Shown here: positions 8,509 to 17,074 of the stretch, in pieces
Layout of the letters: each line of letters starts with the position of its first letter
How positions within the stretch are numbered: position 1 is the first letter of the stretch
Source: Candidatus Poseidoniaceae archaeon
Lineage (GTDB): Archaea > Thermoplasmatota > Poseidoniia > Poseidoniales > Poseidoniaceae
Reading direction: 5' to 3'
Assembly: GCA_943789275.1 (NCBI GenBank)
Contig: CALSTM010000002.1
Location: 510,001 to 542,000 of the forward strand
Length of the DNA: 32,000 nt
Made by a program: the position numbers and the translations under genes
Notes under the pieces: model-generated
What the model was told of the DNA's origin: nothing
Seen by the model: the letters and a program-made list of their open reading frames with translations, nothing else
Databases searched by the model: none

Positions 8509-9303
8509 ATGACCGTTGACTTCATTCATAAAGAACAACTGGAAGAAACGATTGCGATGGTCGAAGCGTGGCTGGAGGAGCTCATGGAGACCTACAACCG
8601 TGAATCCTATGATGGCCGAGAATCCTATACCGCGCAAATCCATCTCCCAGGGCGTATTTTCGAAGAATTGGTCTGGTGGGCCCTACAAGCGTTACCCGAT
8701 GAAATACTCGTTGGCATGGACATCGATTCTAAAACTCCACACCATCCTGAAGTGGAGTCGAAGTTCAAGGGTCCTGAGCACACTGATGGCCTGTTTCAGG
8801 GCCAGGGCTTCATCATCGGTGAAGCCCACATTGTCAACCGTGGAGATTCCTATTCTGTTCACCATCTGCCCGAAGACTGGACCGATGATATGTTCTCGAC
8901 ATCCCGTGGTTCTCGTGCGGGTCGATTCACCCATTGGCTTCACACGCACCCCAACGCACCTGCAATTCCGAGTAATGCTGATGCTGATGCCGCTCAGGAA
9001 ACGCCTGGTGTCGACATGATTCTCGGGCTGCGTTTCTCTCCCGAAGGCCCTCTTCCTTGGTTCGACGATGTCGATGGAGTGCGAAGACGGGTGGGGGTAG
9101 AGGCTCAGCCTGTTGAGACCAAAAGCCGAAAGCGCTCGTTTTTTTTCCGACAGAATTTGAAGGTACTCGGGGTGGCACCAAGTGGTCACAAAATACACGA
9201 AATCCAATTGATTGCGTTTCGTAAGAATGGGTTGGGAATCAACGTCGTGATGGTTGATGACGATGGTTTTCCCTACGGTTGGAAAGCGTTGCCTGCTTCA
9301 TAG
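8509..9303 (+). CDS. JAMM/MPN+ (JAB) metalloprotease-domain protein, atypically long (264 aa)
   Basis: Complete JAMM motif HTHPNAPAIPSNAD (HxHx7Sx2D) plus upstream ALQALPDEILVGM (conserved Glu context). Start set at ATG 8509; the track's start at 8269 overlaps the opposite-strand acidic gene. Confidence 0.75.
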   Translation: MTVDFIHKEQLEETIAMVEAWLEELMETYNRESYDGRESYTAQIHLPGRIFEELVWWALQALPDEILVGMDIDSKTPHHPEVESKFKGPEHTDGLFQGQGFIIGEAHIVNRGDSYSVHHLPEDWTDDMFSTSRGSRAGRFTHWLHTHPNAPAIPSNADADAAQETPGVDMILGLRFSPEGPLPWFDDVDGVRRRVGVEAQPVETKSRKRSFFFRQNLKVLGVAPSGHKIHEIQLIAFRKNGLGINVVMVDDDGFPYGWKALPAS

Positions 9304-9795
9304 ACCTGCAACGATTTCTTGGTAAATACTGTCCAAACGGTTTGGATTCACGCCAAGGTCACCTTGCCCCAGTCGAGACTGTGAATGCATTTCTAATTGA
9401 CACGATGAGCCATCTCCAATAGGTGTGGCAGAAATAGAGATGTCGTCTGGAAATCGCCAGAATGTGGTTCGCTCGACAAAGTGAACGTATCGTTCTCCAT
9501 CGACTGCTGCGTCTTCAAACAACACATCGGAACCCGATTCATCGATGTATTGCTCGACTTGAGACCACACTTCCTCAATCGTTGCATTGAGCGTTAGAGC
9601 GTATTCTCCATCCATACGATAGGTCTCCCCACCGCCCAAATGAGCGCAGTTTGAACTGGTATCTGGACAAGAGGGCATAGCAGTGAACACTTCATCCGGC
9701 GCACCAACTGCAATCCATGCTTGACACAAGAGCCACGGTGAACTGATGAGGAGAACCAGAAGAATTCCTCGTTTTTGGAGGGTAGAACGGTCCAT
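9298..9795 (-). CDS. DUF1499-like exported protein
   Basis: Start at ATG 9795 (MDRSTLQKRGILLVLLISSPWLLCQA, signal-like). C-terminal FPDDISI....HSQSRLGQGDLGVNPNRL matches my recollection of the DUF1499 pattern (S.SR.G..D.G.N..R). The track's longer version overlaps gpmA. Confidence 0.62.
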   Translation of the reverse strand: MDRSTLQKRGILLVLLISSPWLLCQAWIAVGAPDEVFTAMPSCPDTSSNCAHLGGGETYRMDGEYALTLNATIEEVWSQVEQYIDESGSDVLFEDAAVDGERYVHFVERTTFWRFPDDISISATPIGDGSSCQLEMHSQSRLGQGDLGVNPNRLDSIYQEIVAGL

Positions 9796-9805
9796 AGTGA
9801 ACACC

Positions 9806-10507
9806 TCAAAACTCGGAAAGTCGAGCCCAGTTACCTTCTTGTCGCTGGTAAACGATGGGGACTCCTGTTGGGACTTCAAGGGACAGCACTTCCCTGCGAG
9901 AGAGCCCTTCAAGATCCATGATGATGCTTCGTAAGGAATTACCGTGCGCAGCAACAAACACATTCTTCCCAGCATCTATCGAAGGGAGAATGGACGAAGA
10001 GAAGTAAGGAAGGGTGCGTTGTGCCGTTAATTCAAGGCTTTCTCCATTCGGTGGAGGCACATCGTAAGAACGTCGCCAGATTTTCACTTGCTCATCTCCA
10101 AACTTGTCTCGAGTTTCTTGTTTATTCAATCCTTGCAGGTCACCGTACATTCGTTCGTTGAGATTCCACGAAGCATAAACAGGTAGAATTTGGGAAGTGT
10201 CGGCTTGCTCATTCATCTGCGCCCATGCAGCCATTTTACCTTCATTGGAATTCGATGAATCCCCCGAATTCTCGTAGTGAAATATTGGCGTTTTGCCCGA
10301 TTGATGTTGGCTTAGGGCCAACATAGCCGTCATTTGAGCACGAATAAGCGCTGAAGTGTGGACTTCGTCAATGGGCAAATGAGCAATTCTCCTTCCCCCA
10401 TCGAGGGCTTCCTCGATACCTTTCTGTGTGAGTGGAACGTCCACCCATCCGGTAAACAAGTTTGCAGCATTCCACATTGATTGTCCATGGCGCATGAGAA
10501 TTAGCAT
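9806..10507 (-). CDS. gpmA: 2,3-bisphosphoglycerate-dependent phosphoglycerate mutase
   Basis: LILMRHGQSMWNAANLFTGWVDVPLT (RHGxxxWN histidine-phosphatase motif), GKTPI, and VAAHGNSLR near the C-terminus. ATG 10507 preferred over GTG 10513. Confidence 0.9.
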   Translation of the reverse strand: MLILMRHGQSMWNAANLFTGWVDVPLTQKGIEEALDGGRRIAHLPIDEVHTSALIRAQMTAMLALSQHQSGKTPIFHYENSGDSSNSNEGKMAAWAQMNEQADTSQILPVYASWNLNERMYGDLQGLNKQETRDKFGDEQVKIWRRSYDVPPPNGESLELTAQRTLPYFSSSILPSIDAGKNVFVAAHGNSLRSIIMDLEGLSRREVLSLEVPTGVPIVYQRQEGNWARLSEF

Positions 10508-10567
10508 TGACACGGTCGTCCCTCATGTTGGTGGCTGCGACGCTTCTCAATGAACATGGCGGAGAAA

Positions 10568-11389
10568 TCATCCCAGAAGCATTGGCAGATAAGCCAAAAG
10601 AATCAATGGGAAAATTCCCATGACGAGGTCTCGGATAAGCAATTTCAGCAGTGTTGTCGTATTGACTTGAGCAATCTTATCAAACTCGACTTGCATCTTT
10701 TTATCTACGGAATCGGTAATTTTCCCTGCACCGACTTTGGCGACTTCTACAGCAGCACCAATCGCAAGTCCTGTGAGAAGTACCTGGGGAGACAATTTTC
10801 GCACTGCTAATACACGTGCACCCCAAACAGCAAGTGAGCTTTTGGCAACACTCTTGCTTGTTTCCTTGAGAGTTGCTTCATCTTCTTTCTCTGATTTATT
10901 CTCCTTACCAGAGAATTTCGTCAACCATCGACGAATCCCCAATCCTGCATCAGCGACTTTTCGGAGTTTCGTAATGTCTCTTTTTTCAACTGCTTTCATC
11001 ATCCTTCGGACTCGGCTGATGCGCAGCAAATCAAAGAAAATCCAAACGAACAAAAAGAGTGTCAACATTGCCAAACCCGTATCTGACACTTCACTCCATT
11101 CCTGCCAACCGAGCGGGTCGCTTGTTAAACGTACTAAATAAACCAGCAATGGGGGGATACTAAACGCTAAAATCTCATTTATCGCTAAAATTCCAAAACC
11201 TTTGACAGGTAATTCACGCATTTGTTTGAATGCCCAACCGGAATGCGGTGCAAGTTGAGCGATGGCACGACGGAATGGCACCACTAAGAACAACAACCGC
11301 AACACCATGGGAAGCCAAATTACGACCAATACGTATCCATCCCAAGGTCCGGCAGGAGGGATTTCAGGAAAATGCAGCGGGGTCGCCAT
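10568..11389 (-). CDS. Membrane protein, unknown function
   Basis: About 273-aa ORF with several hydrophobic helices and a central charged segment (KENKSEKEDEATLKE). ATG 11389 preferred over GTG 11398. No motif recognised. Confidence 0.58.
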   Translation of the reverse strand: MATPLHFPEIPPAGPWDGYVLVVIWLPMVLRLLFLVVPFRRAIAQLAPHSGWAFKQMRELPVKGFGILAINEILAFSIPPLLVYLVRLTSDPLGWQEWSEVSDTGLAMLTLFLFVWIFFDLLRISRVRRMMKAVEKRDITKLRKVADAGLGIRRWLTKFSGKENKSEKEDEATLKETSKSVAKSSLAVWGARVLAVRKLSPQVLLTGLAIGAAVEVAKVGAGKITDSVDKKMQVEFDKIAQVNTTTLLKLLIRDLVMGIFPLILLAYLPMLLG

Positions 11390-11487
11390 AAAGGACACAT
11401 AGAATCCCCCGTATTCAAATCAATCCCCGTTGCTCTTCAACAACTCTTCATCCGAATACTCATGTGGTAAGGCCACTTCGGCGATAC

Positions 11488-11850
11488 ATGACCTTCACCC
11501 ACAACATGGCGGATTGGCTCGGATTTAACATCGACAAAGCTTGGCTCGAAGAAAACATTCGCTGGAAAGACTTCGGCACCGGTGTTCGACTTGGACGCTT
11601 GTACCGTGAAGATGCTTGCTCTTTGGTGCTGTATGAAGCGGACTCTGAAGTCACCGTTGATGCTTTCATGCCGCACAGCCATCCCGGTGGAGAAGCCTAC
11701 ATCGTGCTCGAAGGTGAAGTCTGGGATGAAGATGGAACTTATCCAACTGGCTCTTTGGTTTGGATGAACCGAGAGACAACACACACGCCAAAGACACGTG
11801 GCAAGACGTTGATACTCGTGCTGTGGCCCGAAGGCGTCAAATCCGTCTGA
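11488..11850 (+). CDS. Cupin-domain protein (ChrR-like cupin)
   Basis: Cupin motif FMPHSHPGGEAYIVLEGEVWDEDG (HxH...E...G). ATG 11488 preferred over GTG 11464. The minus-strand 196-aa ORF 11437-12027 is antisense and motif-free. Confidence 0.65.
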   Translation: MTFTHNMADWLGFNIDKAWLEENIRWKDFGTGVRLGRLYREDACSLVLYEADSEVTVDAFMPHSHPGGEAYIVLEGEVWDEDGTYPTGSLVWMNRETTHTPKTRGKTLILVLWPEGVKSV

Positions 11851-11861
11851 GTTGATTGGAG

Positions 11862-12179
11862 ATGAAAAAGGAAATTCTCGTTCTGAAAATAAGCCAATCG
11901 TGGCGCAGCGGTATGACGCCAAGTGAACTCTATGACGCAACTCGGCGTTCATGGAGACTTTCAGCATCACGAATTGAAAAAGTAGACCTCGTCCTCTGTG
12001 TTGCAAAAAAAGAAGTTCGAGAAGCATACACCGTGGAACAATGGATTCTATCCACCGATGAGGGAAGAAAGGAGTTCATCGGCCGTATCGCTGATCAAAA
12101 CATACGAGAACAGTGGGTTGGAATGGATTCAACTGAAATCGAGCCACCGTACGGTGTGGCACGTTACATTACCGCTTGA
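11862..12179 (+). CDS. Conserved hypothetical small protein
   Basis: 105-aa ORF starting 12 nt after the cupin stop, with TGGAG immediately upstream of ATG 11862. The pattern SELYDATRRSWRLS ... EAYTVEQW ... VARYI resembles an uncharacterised family I recall from other prokaryotes. No function assignable. Confidence 0.5.
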   Translation: MKKEILVLKISQSWRSGMTPSELYDATRRSWRLSASRIEKVDLVLCVAKKEVREAYTVEQWILSTDEGRKEFIGRIADQNIREQWVGMDSTEIEPPYGVARYITA

Positions 12180-12470
12180 TTACTCATCAAGGTCGTATTC
12201 ACCCGAGATGAGCAGTCCTTCAAACAAGAAGGGGCCTGCTGGTACAACTGCAGCAATGAAACCATGAATCAAAGCCGTAAAGTTCCAGTGTTTACCGACC
12301 CCAAGGAACAACAATCCAAGATAGGCGACGAATAATCCGCCGTGGAGCGAACCAAAGAGACTGACCCAACTTGGGTCACCTGCAATGTATTTCATCGGCA
12401 TAGCAAAGCCCATCAAGATGAGAAACGAAAATCCTTCAAGGTAACCGATGAGCGAGACGACACTCTTCAT
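12180..12470 (-). CDS. DUF3817-like small integral membrane protein
   Basis: 96 aa, 3-4 TM. GYLEGFSFLILMGFAMPMKY and HGGLFVAYL resemble the DUF3817 family. Start overlaps the upstream ATPase stop (ATGA at 12467-12470), which suggests co-translation. Confidence 0.6.
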   Translation of the reverse strand: MKSVVSLIGYLEGFSFLILMGFAMPMKYIAGDPSWVSLFGSLHGGLFVAYLGLLFLGVGKHWNFTALIHGFIAAVVPAGPFLFEGLLISGEYDLDE

Positions 12471-13447
12471 GCCTTGACCTCAACCATCGGTCTACTTGAA
12501 CCGCACGAAGGGCAGAGTTGCTCCTCATTTCCGACGTATTGATGCTTGCAAGCAGGACAAACTGATGCGAGTTCCATCTTACCCATGGCTTCCACTGCTT
12601 CACCCTGAAGCGACAGATAACCGCTGTCTGCGTTGCCAACCGTATAGCGGCCCGCACCTCCGATTCGTACCAACAAATCGGGAGGTAGCGTCACCGTTCC
12701 AGTCTCATCAATGATGAGTTCACGGTCTTTGCCGAGGTTTTCAACATCCACATTCTCACCGTGTTCTGCAACGAAACGTCCATCACGTAGTTCCAGTGAA
12801 CGGTTAGCGAACGCTGCGACTTCTTTCGAGTGGGTTACAATCAAAAACGAAACGCCGTCGTTTTGGTGCAGGTCCTTGAACAAAGCCAGTACTTCCCGGC
12901 TTGTCACCGGGTCAAGAGCACCCGTCGGTTCATCAGCCAAAATCAGACGTGGATTGGTAATCAATGCGCGTGCAATAGCAACACGTTGTTGTTCTCCTCC
13001 ACTGAGCATCATTGGTAAAGCATGGGCTCGATGAACCATTCCAAGGCGGTCAAGCATAGCGTCGGCAAGTTTCAGTGCTTTTCGTGAAGAAACGCCCTGG
13101 TGTCGGAGCGGTTGAGCAACGTTATCACGGGCGTTCAAATTCGGAAGGAGGTTACCTTCTTGGAAAATGAACGATACCGTCTTCTGTCTCAATTCAACCA
13201 ATTCCTGTCCAGTGAGGCGAGTCATGTTGTTCCCTGCAAGGGATACGGACCCAGCACTGGCCTTCATCAGGCCACCAAGGCACTTCATCAATGTCGATTT
13301 GCCCGAGCCCGAAGGACCAACGACTGCTATTGCTTCTCCTTCTTTCATGTCGAGGTGAAGACCTCGAAGAGCGACAACGTTTCCGTCTTCTGCTTTCGAT
13401 TCGTACACGTGGTAAAGTCCATCTGATCTCAAAATACTTTCTTTCAT
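12467..13447 (-). CDS. ABC transporter ATP-binding protein with C-terminal extension ending in a zinc ribbon
   Basis: Walker [10 protein letters not shown], signature [14 protein letters not shown], Walker B LILADEPTGALD, H-loop VTHS. A roughly 100-aa extension includes CPACKHQYVGNEEQLCPSC (CPxC-x11-CPxC). Confidence 0.86.
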   Translation of the reverse strand: MKESILRSDGLYHVYESKAEDGNVVALRGLHLDMKEGEAIAVVGPSGSGKSTLMKCLGGLMKASAGSVSLAGNNMTRLTGQELVELRQKTVSFIFQEGNLLPNLNARDNVAQPLRHQGVSSRKALKLADAMLDRLGMVHRAHALPMMLSGGEQQRVAIARALITNPRLILADEPTGALDPVTSREVLALFKDLHQNDGVSFLIVTHSKEVAAFANRSLELRDGRFVAEHGENVDVENLGKDRELIIDETGTVTLPPDLLVRIGGAGRYTVGNADSGYLSLQGEAVEAMGKMELASVCPACKHQYVGNEEQLCPSCGSSRPMVEVKA

Positions 13448-13450
13448 ACT

Positions 13451-16400
13451 TCACTCCCCCTTGAGTACACTGGCTAAGTCCGACTTCAATGCACGACGAG
13501 TGGTCACCAACAAAGCGATGACAACCGCAGTGAACACCGATAAGGACACCAGTAACAGCTGTGTCCACGGATAAACCAACGTTCGTTCTATCGTGGTCGA
13601 TGAACCTCCAAAGATTTGGAAGATGAATCCGAAGATATCAAAGAATCCATTAAACGAGAGAGCGACGCCGATTCCAAGAACAATTCCTAAGGCCATGGAA
13701 ACCATGACAATGGAAAGAATCTCGAACAACACCAGCCGTATGATTTGGTTTGGTGATGCGCCGATTGCTTGCAGAACTGCGAGTTCTTTTTGACGTTGAC
13801 TGAGAACCAACGAAAGGAAAACGAAACTTGACGCAACGGCAGCTACGCTGGCCACAACGAACTGCAGAGAGAGAAGACCGGGTGTTCCGAAAATCAATCC
13901 GCCGTTACGTTCTACACTCTTGTGTGAACTGGACCAGTCAAGGACACTGGAGACTCTGAAGTCTGCAGACAGCGTTGATGCGAGCGCTTCGAGTTTATCG
14001 CCACCTACACCGTCAACTTCAACAATCCAGGTTGTAGAGGAATAATTGGCAACTTCATCTGCCCCAACCAGAGCAACCCACGATGATTCACCGATAATCA
14101 GTGAAGAACCCATGGTCGCTGCACTCACGCCTGGAATGTATTGATGAACGCCAATGTAATCCATCGGTGTGGTGAACGGTGTAATGACAATTTGTACGGT
14201 GGTGTCTGCTAAGAACAGCGGTGCTGCAAGCGGCGGCGGTACTTGCGAAAGACCGGAAGCACACGATGTTTCGTTGGCGGAAGTTCCGTCCGGACAGGTT
14301 GCGTTTCCAAGCGTTGCAGTGGATAAGTCTGCGAATCCAAATACTCCGGTCAAGTCAGCGCCGATGAAGTTGGCACCTTCCATTGAGCCACCCATGAAGT
14401 TCACGATTACTGCCTCTTTGAGATTGGCATCTGAAAGGTCAGCACCGTCAAGGTTGGTATCAAAGAGGAGCGCTTGTTCTAAGTTTGCGCCGGCAAGATT
14501 GGCATTCGATAGGTCGGTTCCAGTGAGGTCAACTGCGCCGAAGTCTCGCCCGCTGAGGTCTTGTCCTGAGAGGTTCAGTCCAGACCAGTCCCCTTCCATC
14601 AAAGAGGAATAGGCAACAAACAAAGCGTTCGGGTCGGCTTGGTCGGTCCCTCCGCTGCTGAAATTGAATTCGAGTTTCTCCCACAGGAAAGTGATTTCTT
14701 CACTCTGACGGTCGGATGGTTTCAACAATTTATCGTTCAGTTGGTTTTCATCACCACGGCCTGAACCGGCAATGTCCAACGAATAGGCTGCATCTTCACC
14801 TGCGGAGAATCCACCGTTTCGGTAAGCAGCCATGGCTTTGTCTGTGTCTTCACCTGGAATCGCTTGTTCACTCCAGCGAAGGACATCTTCGTTGTCATCC
14901 AACAGAATCCATGTCAGTAACTTGTCTCCACCGTTCACGTCGTTCAAGAACAGACTTGGGACCGTCGTTGCAGTCGCAGTAACGTCCGCTTCGGTGAAAT
15001 TGGAAACCAATCCGAGAACTTGAGCCTCAGAATATTGTTGCTCGAGTGTGATCTGGAGATCCGCACCAACCGTAGCATCGACGGTTTTCTCGTCCACCAG
15101 TGTACCGGTGTATCCTTGTACCGCTGCAAGCGTTACGATGGAAAGAGTGAGCAGCATAATGACTGCGAGGCGATTCACGGACTCGGCAGAGCCAGAGCCC
15201 TTGAGGCCGCGCTTGACATCGTTCAATAGAGGTGTTCTTCCGAGGATGAGTTGCATGATTTGTGGACCACGAGCCCCGATTCGGCCGAGCAGTAAAGCAC
15301 CGCCAATCCAAAGCGCAAACGGTCCAATGATTCCGAGTAAGCCGTTGATGAAGAAGTTGAGGTTGAGACCGTCTTCACTGCCGTTAAGTTTGAGCCAGGC
15401 ATCGGTAACTGCGAGCATTCCAAACAAGAAAGAAAGCCAGTGAAGCCATCGCTTCGGTTCAGATTTGGCAGTCGTCTTACGTACACCTTCTTCAATTTCA
15501 AGAGCGATGAAATCCCGAGCTCTGCTCCTGCCGAACAGGAGCGCTAGACCGAGGGTCGTTACCGCAGTGAAAATCGTTGAGGCAATACCCAAGGTTGGAT
15601 TGACATCGAAATCTCCAGTCCTAAACTCCATGAATCCGACGGCAGACAGAACGATCGGAACAGCGAAAAGGGCCAGTAAATATCCGGCTAACCACGCCAC
15701 TGATGACATGACGAAAAGTTCCAACAGCACCATACTTTGCAGCCGTGGGCCGTCGGCACCTATTACGCGATGTATACTTACTTCCCTACGCCGTTGTTCA
15801 AGTGAAAGAACCAATCCGTAGATGAGAACTGCAATCGAGAGAATGACAATTGGTATCATAATGATGTAATCGAAAATCTGAATCAGGCCAAGGAAGATGT
15901 TCAAGAACGTGATTGTACCGCTCACAATGTCGGTATAGTACAGTTCTACGCCTTCGTCGGTGTAACTTCCGTCTTGGACGCGGGTTCCAAGGTCTTCAAG
16001 CCATTCTGCTGCATCAGCCGTTGAACTGGTTGGCAGTTGTCCTCGGTCAATGGTAACCCCGAGATACATGTGGTCGTTGTCCATCAACGCAGCACGCTGT
16101 GTCTCTTCTAACACTTCCCAAGTCGTGAAAATTGGGTTCGGTCCAAGGGTCGGATTTCCTAAATCCCACGGCTCATAGATACCAAGAACGGTGAGGTTTG
16201 TCGCAGTCATTGGCATACGGCAGTAGACCATTTCGTTCTGTTCAGGAGTGACTTCTCCATCGCAGTTTTCGTTGTTCACCGTCGCTTCCAACAGTGTTGA
16301 TTCATCGACAACATAAGCGAAGGTAAGTGAATCAAGCACGTCGCCTACATTGGCCTTGGCTTCGGAAGCCACCGTCGAAGGAAGAATCACGCCGCGCTGC

Positions 16401-17074
16401 GCGCTGACGTTCTCTGGACTGGGCCATTCACCAAGGCCTGCGATGATGTTTTCACCGAGTCGGTCAGCAAATTCGCCGTCGAACGCTTCAGGCCCGAGGA
16501 AGCGTACAGCGCGGCTCGAAGAAATTGGTGGCCCTGCGTCGGCTAACTCGGGATAATCGAACGTCACATTGCCCCAATATGGATTGGCATCGTCGGTAAT
16601 TGCTAACATTTCAAGTGGTTGAGCAACAATGAAATCTTGATTGAAGAATCCTCCGCTGTGTATGCCTTGACGGCCTAGAACCAGCGTACAGTCGCTGAAC
16701 TCACTGAACTCCTCCATCAATTCATCACAAACACCGGTCATCGTTGTCGTGTTGTTTGACCAACCGCTGCTGTTTTCGACTGGAGTCCGGGCGTACTCGA
16801 TTTTTGCATCGAAAGGCTCGCCCGAGAGAGATTCCTCGAAGAAGAGTTGCGAGAGGCCAACACCATAGGCAAGAACAGTCGTGATCACGAGCGATGCGAG
16901 GAAAACTCCAGCAATGACCGCAAGGCCACGCTCTTTACCGCGCCAAGCACTCAGACCAGCGAGGCGGAGTTGCGATGGCGTTTCGGCCAACTTGTGAACG
17001 ATTCTTTGACCAATGTTTCGAGACGTAGCAAAATCATTGGTTTCGAGTTCGAGAGATTCGTCTCCCTTGGTCAT
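13451..17074 (-). CDS. Giant (1207 aa) MacB/FtsX-type ABC permease with two FtsX modules and an embedded pentapeptide-repeat domain
   Basis: Two FtsX-like modules (LEQRRREVSIHRVIGADGPRL... and LSQRQKELAVLQAIGASPNQI...). Each is preceded by a TM helix and a 300-400-aa loop. Start overlaps the upstream ATPase stop (ATGA 17071-17074). Confidence 0.85.
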   Translation of the reverse strand: MTKGDESLELETNDFATSRNIGQRIVHKLAETPSQLRLAGLSAWRGKERGLAVIAGVFLASLVITTVLAYGVGLSQLFFEESLSGEPFDAKIEYARTPVENSSGWSNNTTTMTGVCDELMEEFSEFSDCTLVLGRQGIHSGGFFNQDFIVAQPLEMLAITDDANPYWGNVTFDYPELADAGPPISSSRAVRFLGPEAFDGEFADRLGENIIAGLGEWPSPENVSAQRGVILPSTVASEAKANVGDVLDSLTFAYVVDESTLLEATVNNENCDGEVTPEQNEMVYCRMPMTATNLTVLGIYEPWDLGNPTLGPNPIFTTWEVLEETQRAALMDNDHMYLGVTIDRGQLPTSSTADAAEWLEDLGTRVQDGSYTDEGVELYYTDIVSGTITFLNIFLGLIQIFDYIIMIPIVILSIAVLIYGLVLSLEQRRREVSIHRVIGADGPRLQSMVLLELFVMSSVAWLAGYLLALFAVPIVLSAVGFMEFRTGDFDVNPTLGIASTIFTAVTTLGLALLFGRSRARDFIALEIEEGVRKTTAKSEPKRWLHWLSFLFGMLAVTDAWLKLNGSEDGLNLNFFINGLLGIIGPFALWIGGALLLGRIGARGPQIMQLILGRTPLLNDVKRGLKGSGSAESVNRLAVIMLLTLSIVTLAAVQGYTGTLVDEKTVDATVGADLQITLEQQYSEAQVLGLVSNFTEADVTATATTVPSLFLNDVNGGDKLLTWILLDDNEDVLRWSEQAIPGEDTDKAMAAYRNGGFSAGEDAAYSLDIAGSGRGDENQLNDKLLKPSDRQSEEITFLWEKLEFNFSSGGTDQADPNALFVAYSSLMEGDWSGLNLSGQDLSGRDFGAVDLTGTDLSNANLAGANLEQALLFDTNLDGADLSDANLKEAVIVNFMGGSMEGANFIGADLTGVFGFADLSTATLGNATCPDGTSANETSCASGLSQVPPPLAAPLFLADTTVQIVITPFTTPMDYIGVHQYIPGVSAATMGSSLIIGESSWVALVGADEVANYSSTTWIVEVDGVGGDKLEALASTLSADFRVSSVLDWSSSHKSVERNGGLIFGTPGLLSLQFVVASVAAVASSFVFLSLVLSQRQKELAVLQAIGASPNQIIRLVLFEILSIVMVSMALGIVLGIGVALSFNGFFDIFGFIFQIFGGSSTTIERTLVYPWTQLLLVSLSVFTAVVIALLVTTRRALKSDLASVLKGE
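14300..14590 (-). repeat. Pentapeptide-repeat (A[D/N]LXX) coding tract inside the permease gene
   Basis: Translation reads NLSGQ DLSGR DFGAV DLTGT DLSNA NLAGA NLEQA LLFDT NLDGA DLSDA NLKEA ... FADLS TATLG, about 18-20 consecutive pentads. The periodicity also creates the spurious antisense ORF 14169-14612. Confidence 0.72.

Noticed and set aside
9796-9975. Longer version of the DUF1499-like ORF, overlapping gpmA
   Set aside because: It overlaps the 3' end of the strongly supported gpmA in another frame. ATG 9795 yields a canonical signal-peptide N-terminus.
11437-12027. 196-aa minus-strand ORF spanning the cupin and the following small gene
   Set aside because: It has no motif, is rich in Arg/Ser/Cys/His, and straddles two plus-strand genes. 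One of those has a clear cupin HxH...E...G motif.
14169-14612. 147-aa plus-strand ORF
   Set aside because: It is antisense to the pentapeptide-repeat tract of the permease. Its low-complexity A/S/P/K-rich translation is the expected mirror artefact of a periodic repeat.
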